Assembly (NCBI GenBank): GCA_963804995.1
Contig: CAWDSK010000001.1
Location: 1 to 64,000 of the forward strand
DNA length: 64,000 nucleotides
Source of the DNA: an uncultured Acidobacteriota bacterium
Lineage (GTDB): Bacteria; Acidobacteriota; Terriglobia; UBA7540
Direction of reading: 5' to 3'
The notes under the pieces were generated by a model that saw nothing but the letters and a program-made list of their open reading frames with translations, was not told where the DNA came from and made no database searches. The position numbers and the translations under genes are program-made. Of this stretch, positions 55,236-64,000 are shown piece by piece. Each line of letters begins with the position of its first letter. Positions within the stretch are counted from its first letter, which is position 1.

Positions 55236-57362
55236 TCAGGCAGCGCTTACGCCACTATCGCAATCCTTTCTTGCGGTGGATTGGGGTTTCTTGCTCTCCC
55301 CTCGAAGTTGCAGGTCCAACGCCTCCACCTGGCTGGGCAAAACTTCTAGCGGCGGTTCCAACAATTCCAGGACGTTAACCAGTTGACTTACTCTTTTGGC
55401 CACTCGCGACAATGCTATCTCATCACCTTGGAGCGCGATGGTAACCTTTAAATGGTCCGATACCCCCGTCGGAACGGCGAAGAGGCTCCGGACAGCGCAG
55501 CCCTGGGTCGTGATGATGGTAAGGATTCTTTGCAGGGCTCCGGGGAGGTTTTCCACCAGCAGGGCAAAGGACTTTTGCGTGGGCAGAGCAGCCTCATCAC
55601 GCTGCCCCTGGGGTAAGGCCGCGGCTGCTGGCGAGGTAAGCTCACCGCTCCGTTCTTCTGGTCCCAAGACCATCTCGTGGATTCCCGCGCCCGAGGGCAC
55701 CATGGGGTAGACGTTTTCGAAAGGCGCTACTTTTACATTGAGAAGGCACGGGCCGGGCGCGCTGGCGGCGTCCCGCAGGACTTGGGTCAGCATCGAGGGG
55801 CTGTCGATATTGAATCCCCGCAGGCCATAGGCCTCGGCGAGTTTCGGTGCATCCGGGAAGGTGTCGAGCTTAACGGCGCTCAGCCGGTTGTGATGGAACA
55901 GTTCTTGCCACTGGCGCACCATTCCCAGGTGGCCGTTATTCATGACCACGATCTTGATGGGCAAGGCGTAATTAGCCACAGTGGCTAGTTCCGGGATGGA
56001 CATCTGGAAGCCGCCATCACCAACCAGGGCAAATACCGGCTTATCCGGACAGGCAATCTGCGCTCCGATGGCGGCGGGCAAACCAAAACCCATGGATCCC
56101 AGGCCCCCGGAGTTGAGCCACAGGCGCGGCTCATTGAAGCGGATCAGTTGTGCGGCCCACATTTGGTGCTGCCCCACATCAGAACAGACCAGCGCGGCGC
56201 CCGCAGACACCCTGTCGATTTCCGCCATCAGGTGTTGCGGCTTGATCACCTCGTCGGACGCCGGGGTGGTCAGCGGATACTGGGCTTTCCAACCTCGCAC
56301 TTGAATACGCCAGGCCTTACGCTCACGGGCACATTCCTCAGCATACTGGGACTTTGTTTCCCTGAGATAATGGTTCAACTGTCGTAGCACGCATTTTACG
56401 TCCCCTGTGATCGAAATATCCGCGCTGCGGTTTTTACCGAGTTCGGAGGCGTCGATATCCACATGAATGACCTTGGCATGTGGAGCAAAAGTGGAAAGCT
56501 TTCCGGTCACGCGATCGTCAAAGCGCACCCCGAGGGCAATCAGCAGGTCGGCATGAGTCAGGCCCATGTTGGCAGCGTAACTCCCGTGCATGCCAGGCAT
56601 ACTCACGAAATTCGGATCGTCGGCGGGTAATCCCCCCAGGCCCATGAGGGTGCAAACCGTGGGGGCATCAAGGAACCCGACGAACTCTTGTAACTCCGCA
56701 GCCGCTCCGGCCGAAACAATTCCGCCTCCGGCGTAGATGATCGGGCGCTCGGACGCCCAGATCAACTGACCAGCCTGTTGGATGTACGCGGGATCGCCGT
56801 CCGCTGGGACTTTGTACCCCGGAAGGTCGAGCTCATCGCAGGGGACGAACTGAGCTTTCGACTGTTGAACGTCCTTGGGGATGTCAATGAGGACAGGACC
56901 TGGACGTCCCGTTGAGGCAATGTGGAACGCTTCATGTATTACGCGGGGTAAGTCCTCAATCTTCCGAACCTGGTAATTGTGCTTGGTGCAGGGGAGTGAG
57001 ATGCCGAAGGTATCCGCTTCCTGGAAGGCCGTGGTCCCCAGGACTTTTGTTGAGACCTGGCCGGTGATGGCGACGATGGGGATGGAATCCAAATAAGCGT
57101 CCGCCAGGCCGGTCACCAGGTTAGTGGCGCCCGGGCCGGATGTGGCGCAGCACACGCCAACTTTACCGGAAGCGCGCGCATACCCTTCAGCGGCAAAGCA
57201 GGCGTTCTCCTCGTGCCGCATCAACACATGGCGGATGCCGTGGTCGTAAAGAGCATCGTAGAGCGGCAAGGTGGCGCCCCCCGGAAAGCCGAAGATGTCC
57301 TTCACCCCTTCTCGGGCCAAACACTCCAAGAGGATTTCTGCACCTGTCATCATATTCGGCAT
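55236..57362 (-). CDS. ilvB: Acetolactate synthase large subunit fused to a C-terminal ACT domain
   Basis: FGFPGG, RHEE, TSGPGATN, FQEAD, GRPGPVL, GMHG, RFDDRVTG, DVGQHQMW, SGGLGSMG, GDGG..NN..LGMVRQWQ, PMVP; extra ~140 aa with an LVENLPGALQRI ACT motif. Confidence 0.95.
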   Translation of the reverse strand: MPNMMTGAEILLECLAREGVKDIFGFPGGATLPLYDALYDHGIRHVLMRHEENACFAAEGYARASGKVGVCCATSGPGATNLVTGLADAYLDSIPIVAITGQVSTKVLGTTAFQEADTFGISLPCTKHNYQVRKIEDLPRVIHEAFHIASTGRPGPVLIDIPKDVQQSKAQFVPCDELDLPGYKVPADGDPAYIQQAGQLIWASERPIIYAGGGIVSAGAAAELQEFVGFLDAPTVCTLMGLGGLPADDPNFVSMPGMHGSYAANMGLTHADLLIALGVRFDDRVTGKLSTFAPHAKVIHVDIDASELGKNRSADISITGDVKCVLRQLNHYLRETKSQYAEECARERKAWRIQVRGWKAQYPLTTPASDEVIKPQHLMAEIDRVSAGAALVCSDVGQHQMWAAQLIRFNEPRLWLNSGGLGSMGFGLPAAIGAQIACPDKPVFALVGDGGFQMSIPELATVANYALPIKIVVMNNGHLGMVRQWQELFHHNRLSAVKLDTFPDAPKLAEAYGLRGFNIDSPSMLTQVLRDAASAPGPCLLNVKVAPFENVYPMVPSGAGIHEMVLGPEERSGELTSPAAAALPQGQRDEAALPTQKSFALLVENLPGALQRILTIITTQGCAVRSLFAVPTGVSDHLKVTIALQGDEIALSRVAKRVSQLVNVLELLEPPLEVLPSQVEALDLQLRGESKKPQSTARKDCDSGVSAA

Positions 57363-57389
57363 CGGCTTCTCCTCCTCAAAACATGAACC

Positions 57390-57435
57390 AAAACGAAAAA
57401 AGCCATCAGGCGGTTTGTCTTTCCCCGCTGATGGC
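57390..57435 (-). terminator. Attenuator terminator hairpin upstream of ilvB
   Basis: GCCATCAGCGG...CCGCCTGATGGC followed by TTTTTTCGTTTT on the minus strand. Confidence 0.8.
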
Positions 57436-57459
57436 CTCTAAACTTAACTTCGAAAGCTA

Positions 57460-57564
57460 TCAGACGGGGCGAGACACCACGACCCCAATAATGAGGATGG
57501 TAATCGAAAGAGCGAGAGACGGCGGAATGGAACGAGAAGTGCGAGTTTGGGTGTGCTCTAACAT
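57460..57564 (-). promoter_or_regulatory. ilv attenuator leader peptide (34 aa)
   Basis: MLEHTQTRTSRSIPPSLALSITILIIGVVVSRPV*, with a Leu/Ile/Val cluster ending ~25 nt before the terminator. Confidence 0.8.
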
Positions 57565-57659
57565 ACGTCGAGACCATAGTACCATTAGTAATCCAAGGGA
57601 AGCCAACAAAAGAAATCTATGGAAAGCATAAAGCTGACTGTGGGGAGGCCAGCAGGGGG

Positions 57660-59007
57660 TGTCTACCCGAAATACTTCATATCCCTTTAGGTCCAAGGAA
57701 TTAGAAAGGTTGCAAAGCCTGCCTAACGATTACCATCTTTGAGCATGAAAACAATCCAGAATCTCTGTCGGCAGCCCCTCTCGTTTCTGCGATTCGGGCA
57801 AGAGGTCATCCATTATGCACTGATCTTTGTCTCGGCCTTCTTCCGCAGCCGCGCCTCACTGGGATGTGAGTTGGTGGCCATTCGAAGTCAGCTCAGCTTT
57901 TACAAAGAAAGTATCCGGCAAAAAAACAGACCCGACCCCGGTTCACCCCGGCTTTCCGTCTCCTGTGGGTGCTGTTGTCCGTGGTTTGGAGGGGGTGGAA
58001 ACCTGTCGCAGACTTGATGCAGCCAAAGACTGTTCTCAAATGGCATAAGAGAGGTCTTCGCCTGTGGTGGCGCTGGAAATCGCGGGGCGTGGGAGGGCGC
58101 CCCCTAATCAGCCAGGAAATGCGCGTTCTGATCCGACAACTCAGTGGCGAAAACGCGCTGTGGAGTGCCGAAAGGATTCATGGGCATTTGCTGCTTCTCG
58201 GTTTCGATCCTCCCTGCCCGGACACGATTCGCAAGTACATGGTCAAGCCTAAAGGAGGAACGGAGAAGTCCCAGAACTGGCTGACCTTCCTGCGCAATCA
58301 TACGGACGTTCAGCTGGGGAATGGACTTTTTCACTGTGCCCACCATTCGATTCCAAATCCTTTATGTCTTCGTGATCCTCAATCAAGCCCGTCGTCAGGT
58401 GGTACACGTAGCCGTGACGGCTCGTCCCACGATGGCTTGGGTGATCCAGCAGCTGCGCGAGGCGATGCCCTTTGGCATCCAGCCCACTTACCTATTCCGG
58501 GATAATGACGCAGTTTATGGAGATGAGGTGGGTCGATTCCTAAAGGGAACGGGCATCGAAGAAGTTAGAACTGCCTTTCGCTGTCCCTGGCAAAATCCAT
58601 TCGTCGAAAGGTATGGCGGCACCCTGCGGCGGGAGCTGTTGGATCACGTCATGATTCTCAGTGAAGAACACCTAAAACGACTGCTGAGGGAATACATCAA
58701 AGAGTATTATCACATCGCCAGGCCGCATTATGGTTTGGACGGCGAGACGCCCTTTCGCACCAATAAGCCTGAGCCCGTCACAGAGCCGAGCAGGCTTGTT
58801 TCCGTTCCAGTTGTAGGCGGCCTGCATCACCGTTACATCCGGGTGGCAGCATAATCTTCTTAGGGATCGCACAATCACAATAACGCTGCGAAGACGAGAG
58901 TCACTACCGAAGGACAGTGCATGTGAGAGATTCTTGTTCATCCACCGTTGCAGTACCGCAACGCTCATCAAGGAATCTGTGGCTTTAAGGTTTTTCGAGT
59001 GGACAGG
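57660..59007 (+). mobile_element. rve/integrase-core IS element, transposase frameshifted
   Basis: Three ORF pieces (57739-58017, 57969-58505, 58321-58854) with P.TV.KWH, DFFTV, FRDND, PWQNP..ER, GGLHHRY; IRs TGTCTACCCGAAATAC (57660) / GTTTTTCGAGTGGACAGG (58990-59007). Confidence 0.82.
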
Positions 59008-59437
59008 ACACAGACAGCCGCTGGACGACACGGTCGTCTTGGTCATGCGTAACGCCAATGATCATGGGGATTCCGCCTTTTGTGCCTGACTCGGGCGGCT
59101 AAATGTCAGAAAAAGGTGATAAATACCAGGAGCCCGTTATGATGTCCAATCTCTTGAGAAGAAAGCTCTTGCTGCTTTGAGGCCCAGGCTTTATAAATGC
59201 AAGGGAGATTATAAAGGCCCAGCCGGACCACAGTTGTAGCCATGAAAGAACATCCCGGTGTCAAAGTATTGAGAGAGATGACCGAGCAAATCAAGCAACT
59301 CCCACAAATGGAGAAGAATGCTGTTGTCTTAAAGATTCTGAAAGAATTGGGTATTGAAGCAGAGGAGCAGCCCGTTAGGAAGGATCCTGCTGGTCGGTAG
59401 GGGACGCAACTCCCCCAGCAAAATGACGGGGGGACCT

Positions 59438-60629
59438 ATGATGAGACGTAGATTTTCCTTGTTGGCAAGTCTAGCTCTGGCAGTTCTTCTCACCGTACCG
59501 CTCCGCGCGCAAGAAGCTGAGCCGGTCCGCGCTCAGACGGGAGCGTCGGCGAGCGCGACCACGCGCTTATCTTTCTCCGGAACGATTGATGGGAGGCTCG
59601 CGATCCGGATGCGGCTGGAAATTGTCGGCAGCCAGGTAACCGGCTCCTACTACTATGAAAGACACAAGGTACCGATAGCGCTCGGCGGGACTCTGGACGA
59701 GCACCGTCAGCTTAAACTTGAAGAGCAAAGCGCAGACGGTAGGGTGACGGGAACCTTCAGTGGACATTTCGTCAGCGACAACCGTGTGGAAGGCACGTGG
59801 GTCACGGGGAACGGCACGAAAGCATTCTCGTTTGTGCTCGATCGCGCTGGCGATAACGATAGCCAGCCTGCCTTGAAGCCCTCCGCGGCAGTGAGCGCGG
59901 GCGGCTGGTCGGGAACTTGGACCCGGGAAGACAAGAGGGGTTTCGATGGGGCAAACGTCACGATCAAGGAGGTTACCGGCCAGAGTTTTGACTTCGATAT
60001 CTTGGCCAGCAGCGGCGGTCATACGGGCGAAATCGAAGGCCAAGCTTCGATTAACGGGGAGAAAGCGCGCTTCGCGGAGAAAACCGCGTCCGGTGGTGGC
60101 GCGACACACGAATGCATAGTTGACTTTGTGTTGCGGTCAAAGGCCATCGAGATCAGCACGAATGGCGGCTGCGAGGGCTACGGCGGGATGGGCGTGGTGT
60201 ACGACGGCAGTTACCTTCGCGGGAAACCCCAAGCGGCGGAATTGACACTCACGGGTCTGGACGACATGTGGACGGCTGAGAACGACCGGGTCTTCGTCCA
60301 GCTCACCGGGAAGGATTACAAAAAGTTCGCCGATACCTGCCAGTCCATTACCGCGATTGAGGATCTAGACGACTTCGGGGCGAAAGCGCGCGCGTGCGGC
60401 GTGCGGCGTGCGGGGATTATACACGATCATGGAATCGATCATCATGACGACGGCCAGCGGGAAGATTTACGCAGCCGTGATCGATGTGGAGGGTGACTCG
60501 AAGAACCCGAAGGTTCTCTACTTCACAAACGACCCGCGCTATGCGGGGACCTTGCCGAAAACAATCGACCACTGGCGCGAGCGTTTCCGCGAGAAGGCCA
60601 TCGTCTATATGAACCGGAAGGCACACTAA
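59438..60629 (+). pseudogene. Exported hypothetical protein, frameshifted by a 7-bp repeat expansion
   Basis: Signal peptide; GSYYY...I.L.G..L.E..GTFSG...EGTW; (GCGTGCG)x3 at 60392-60412, and removing one unit joins the ORF to GVRGLYTIME...WRERF. Confidence 0.75.
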
Positions 60630-60645
60630 CCCAGAAAGTGCGAGT

Positions 60646-60729
60646 CGGCTACCGACCGCGGCTTCGCGGACGATTCTGGGGCCGTTAAGCCCCTTTTCTC
60701 TGGGGGGTCAGACAACGCAATACAAGATC
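60646..60729 (+). repeat. ~85-bp intergenic direct repeat, copy A
   Basis: About 85% identical by manual alignment to 61799-61883. Confidence 0.85.
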
Positions 60730-60902
60730 GCAGGGGCTTCAGATGCATGAGTGCAAAAGCAACTATGCCCTTGATGCATGCAGCGACGAGAGACCAATCA
60801 CGGCGTTGGGCGCTCACCGGGCCGTACCCTACTTTAGTCCAAACGTGGCGCGGCCGACTGTGGCACCCGACCCAGGCCCCGGGCAACAATTATGGTGGTC
60901 AG

Positions 60903-61715
60903 ATGGGCGCAGATCCGCGTCATGAGACGCTTGTCCGGACTTGGAACTGGTACCTCGTTCGGTTTGTTTTGTCGGCAATGCTGCTTTGCCAGGCACAAGG
61001 CTATGCACAATTAGGACCGCAGCCGCCATGCGGAAAGGAATCTGTTCCGCCCTATCCTGGTCTGGATAACTCGGCCATCGTGAAGTTGTGGAGCACGTCT
61101 GATTTCGGCCGCGACTGGAGACCGCCTGCGTGCACCGGTTGGGCTCAGGTGGGCTTTACAACGTTGGTAACCATAGTCGCGCGATTTCGGCATACTTCGG
61201 AAGCTGATGGCTTGCTTCGCCACATCGGGGCAATTTCAGAACTCGCGGGCATGCGCTACTGGTCGACCACTCACCAGCAATGGGAAACACTAATTGTGGA
61301 TGCCTACGCTCTGACCGGCTCGCAGACCGGTCAACGTCGCGGAGACTTTTTACCCGATGAGATGAAGGAAGGCACGGTACTCTACTATGAACAGGTCGAT
61401 AACCGTTCTGGCAAAGAGGTCTACCGAATGCACATTACTGAGGCTTCGGCGGACCGGCTCGTCATCGATGTCGAGAATGTCAGCACGATTCGCTATCTCT
61501 TCGTGCCCCTCTTCCACCCGGGTGAGATGCAGTCGATCTACTTTCTGGATCGCGAATCGGAAAACGTCTGGCGATATTACGGCATCGCGCGCACAGGAAA
61601 GAACGTGAACCGGCTGATCACGGGAAATGAGTCTTCCGCGATCAACCGGGCCGTTGCCTTCTATCGTTACCTAGTCGGAATTCCCACCGACCAGGAGCCG
61701 CCGGCGGCGCGATAA
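60903..61715 (+). CDS. Conserved-looking hypothetical exported protein
   Basis: Long ORF with a signal-like segment; GPQPPCG..P.YP, G.RYWS, Y.Q.DNR motifs; start uncertain. Confidence 0.65.
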   Translation: MGADPRHETLVRTWNWYLVRFVLSAMLLCQAQGYAQLGPQPPCGKESVPPYPGLDNSAIVKLWSTSDFGRDWRPPACTGWAQVGFTTLVTIVARFRHTSEADGLLRHIGAISELAGMRYWSTTHQQWETLIVDAYALTGSQTGQRRGDFLPDEMKEGTVLYYEQVDNRSGKEVYRMHITEASADRLVIDVENVSTIRYLFVPLFHPGEMQSIYFLDRESENVWRYYGIARTGKNVNRLITGNESSAINRAVAFYRYLVGIPTDQEPPAAR

Positions 61716-61798
61716 AGGCAAGAGATTGTAGCTCTCGCAGATTCGCTCACAGATACCCCCTTAGTTCGAGCTACGCGCTGATTCGGAATGCATTCAAG

Positions 61799-61883
61799 CG
61801 GTTACCGACCCCGGGGCTTCTCGAACGATTCTGGGACCGTAACGCCCCTTTTCTCTGGGGGTCAGACAACGTAATACGAGATC
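61799..61883 (+). repeat. ~85-bp intergenic direct repeat, copy B
   Basis: See 60646-60729. Confidence 0.85.
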
Positions 61884-61916
61884 CCGGGCGTAAGGAGGAT
61901 CAGGTTTTCACTCAGC

Positions 61917-63518
61917 TTACCTCCGCCATCCTGCTGAACTCTTGAGCCGAAACTTCATCTCCCGGCTCTTGTCCGGGTCTGTGGACCCAGCCAAGCTTTC
62001 GCTGTACAGCAGCAGCCCCTGCTCGGACTTACTCGGGTGAAACCGCACGAACACTCCCGCCCGGATTGTTCCGCTTTCATTGACCGTCAATGCTCTCACT
62101 TCGGCGATCTGACCCGTCAACAAGTCACGGTGCTCCCAAATCCACTGCCGCTGTTCATTGGTTAGCTGGAAGGAACCAATCTCGCTCTCTATGCCGGTCG
62201 GTCCTTCCACAACCATGGCGCCCAGGCTGCCGGCGAACTTCCCAGTGCCTTCAATGCAGCGCACAACTTTTACATCGAGCGTGTCGTTCGCCTTCACTTT
62301 GAACCATTCGTCCACGGCGTCTTTGTGCTTCACGACCACGCCTTCACTCCAGGGCAGACCGCGGGGATCGTTGACGATGGCGCGATAAAACTTCACAGGG
62401 TCACCGTTTTCTGGCATTGCGGGAACAATATGGAGATGCCTGTTGAACAGTCGGATCTCCGCGATCACGGCTTCATAGAGTTCACGCCGCTGTCCATAGG
62501 GCGTCTGGCTGACGTCCCTGCCCTTGAGCTTCGCAATGTCCCAGGCGTAGAACTCAACCGGACCTCTCTCCTGCTGAATCCGGATGGACTTCTCAGGCAG
62601 GGCATTCAGGATTCCGCCCACCCGGGCGGCTCCATCGGGATGGTGAAGCTCGCCGCGCAATAAGGTTCCTTCCTGCTCGGGGCCTGGGAAGAGCCTGCGG
62701 GCCAGCCACACGGGAGAGCGATTGCGGAGGTCTTCGATGGCCGGGAGCTTGTCGTAATAAGACTCTCCTTCCGGCCGATGGCTGCGATACACAGCTCGCA
62801 GGTTGTGGATTGCCACATTCGCGAGACTGCCATCGTCTTTCCACTCCACGCTGACTGGTCGGTTGGACTGGCGGATGGTCTTGAGGAACTCCGGCGGCTT
62901 CAGGTGAATATCCGGTTTCTCGACCAGGACAGATTCGTCCTTTATGCGGACAACCAGATACCGGTTCTTCTCGAAGGCTTGGCGGAAGGCATAGCGTCCC
63001 TTGAGGGCACCGTTTGCAATGTTGACCTCAAAGGACTCCGTGTGTGGGTCGATGCCCTCGGCAACGAAGTCGTAGTGAAAGCCGGCCTTGTCAGCCTCGT
63101 GTTCGTGAACATTGATTTTCCCCAACTTGCGGCTTCCATCAACCTTGATGACGCCCGCGCCGGAGTAGATAAGCCTCTTTTCGCCCTTTCCGTAACCTTC
63201 CTTGATGACTCCGTCGAAGTTATCTACGGAATGAGGCGCATTTTCAATCGCCATAGCTCTGGGCCGCTGCTCGGTGGGCAAGCCTTTCTTCAGTGTGAAC
63301 TTGGCGTATTCCTTCCCAGTCCGTGGACCTGCCAGTAGAGCGCCATCCACCGCCTTCTTCTGCAGGGCACGGTTCAAGGCCAGTTGCCGGGTTCCCAGCG
63401 GCTCGGGTGTACCGAGAAGTACCTTCGCCCTACCGAGAGCAACTCCGAACAACAGCCTGCCACCTTCATGAACGAGGGTTTCTCCTACGCTGAGAGTGAG
63501 GTTCGCCAGAGGATTCAT
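61917..63518 (-). CDS. ATP-dependent DNA ligase (phage-like) with an N-terminal LigD phosphoesterase-like region
   Basis: Motif I EWKDDG, III LRGEL, IIIa FYAWDI, IV EGVVVK, V WFKVK; OB fold EGTGKFAGSLGA..IGS; GAGG RBS before MNPLAN. Confidence 0.85.
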   Translation of the reverse strand: MNPLANLTLSVGETLVHEGGRLLFGVALGRAKVLLGTPEPLGTRQLALNRALQKKAVDGALLAGPRTGKEYAKFTLKKGLPTEQRPRAMAIENAPHSVDNFDGVIKEGYGKGEKRLIYSGAGVIKVDGSRKLGKINVHEHEADKAGFHYDFVAEGIDPHTESFEVNIANGALKGRYAFRQAFEKNRYLVVRIKDESVLVEKPDIHLKPPEFLKTIRQSNRPVSVEWKDDGSLANVAIHNLRAVYRSHRPEGESYYDKLPAIEDLRNRSPVWLARRLFPGPEQEGTLLRGELHHPDGAARVGGILNALPEKSIRIQQERGPVEFYAWDIAKLKGRDVSQTPYGQRRELYEAVIAEIRLFNRHLHIVPAMPENGDPVKFYRAIVNDPRGLPWSEGVVVKHKDAVDEWFKVKANDTLDVKVVRCIEGTGKFAGSLGAMVVEGPTGIESEIGSFQLTNEQRQWIWEHRDLLTGQIAEVRALTVNESGTIRAGVFVRFHPSKSEQGLLLYSESLAGSTDPDKSREMKFRLKSSAGWRR

Positions 63519-64000
63519 GTTCAACCTCGATGGGGACTGGGGAGCGGAAATCTGCGCAGCGTGAGTAGCAGACTTGCATGCCAAGATTGACAATCCGCAC
63601 CTTTTCGCTTGCCCTCGGTTGTGCTCCCTCCTCCCCCAAGGAGGCAACATCGGCCACAAGTGCCCGATGGCATCCGAGTTGCTCTAGACCGTACCGTGAG
63701 CGCAAAGCGCCAGCATCAGCATCTTGCCGCGCAAACACTTTTTCACCATATGAGTGATATTGAGCAGAAAGGCTGTGTCCGGGGGCGCAGTAGGCAGACT
63801 GGCATCCCAAGATGCTGAGGGGGCGAACCAACACGGAACAGGTAAGTGGTCGGGTCTTATTAGTAGACGACGAGCCTCTTATCCGAAAGCTCATCTCGGG
63901 ATATTTGGTGGCTGCGGGGTATGTCGTAAAGGTGGCAGTTGACGGGCTGGATGCGCTCGTAAAACTCCGCGGGGGACTCCCGGACCTGATTATTTCCGAC

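Noticed and set aside
60646..61883. Repeat as attC, dif/pdif or CRISPR
   Set aside because: A TAAC...GTTAAGC pair is present only around copy A, the XerD-like arm is weak with no XerC arm, and there are only two copies 1.15 kb apart.

Overview
A ~59% GC (estimated by eye), heavily eroded accessory region. The host is probably an Acidobacteriota-like bacterium, inferred from the carboxypeptidase-domain TonB receptors, CRTAC1/ASPIC protein and wHTH-TolB-TPR regulator. From left to right it holds: a broken membrane glycosyltransferase; a three-gene split glutamate-synthase-like operon; a FAD monooxygenase and PNPOx-like remnants; a radical-SAM/NTPase/small-protein block; a B12 radical SAM gene disrupted by an IS4 element (18-bp IRs, 11-bp target duplication); a SagB nitroreductase; a complete group II intron; a peptide-scavenging locus (TonB receptors, two M55 aminopeptidases, class IV aminotransferase, M23-PKD); an attenuator-controlled ilvB-ACT fusion between two rve-type IS elements; and a phage-like ATP-dependent DNA ligase. 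The four most notable observations are: (1) the group II intron sits exactly inside a terminal inverted repeat of the rve-type IS family that recurs in the window; (2) the module [tRNA-Arg(CCT) att remnant - rve IS - ilvB-ACT] occurs twice; (3) the ligase carries a LigD phosphoesterase-like domain with its motifs in rearranged order; (4) an unexplained ~85-bp repeat follows two consecutive genes. All family assignments are from motif recognition by eye; no database searches were run.
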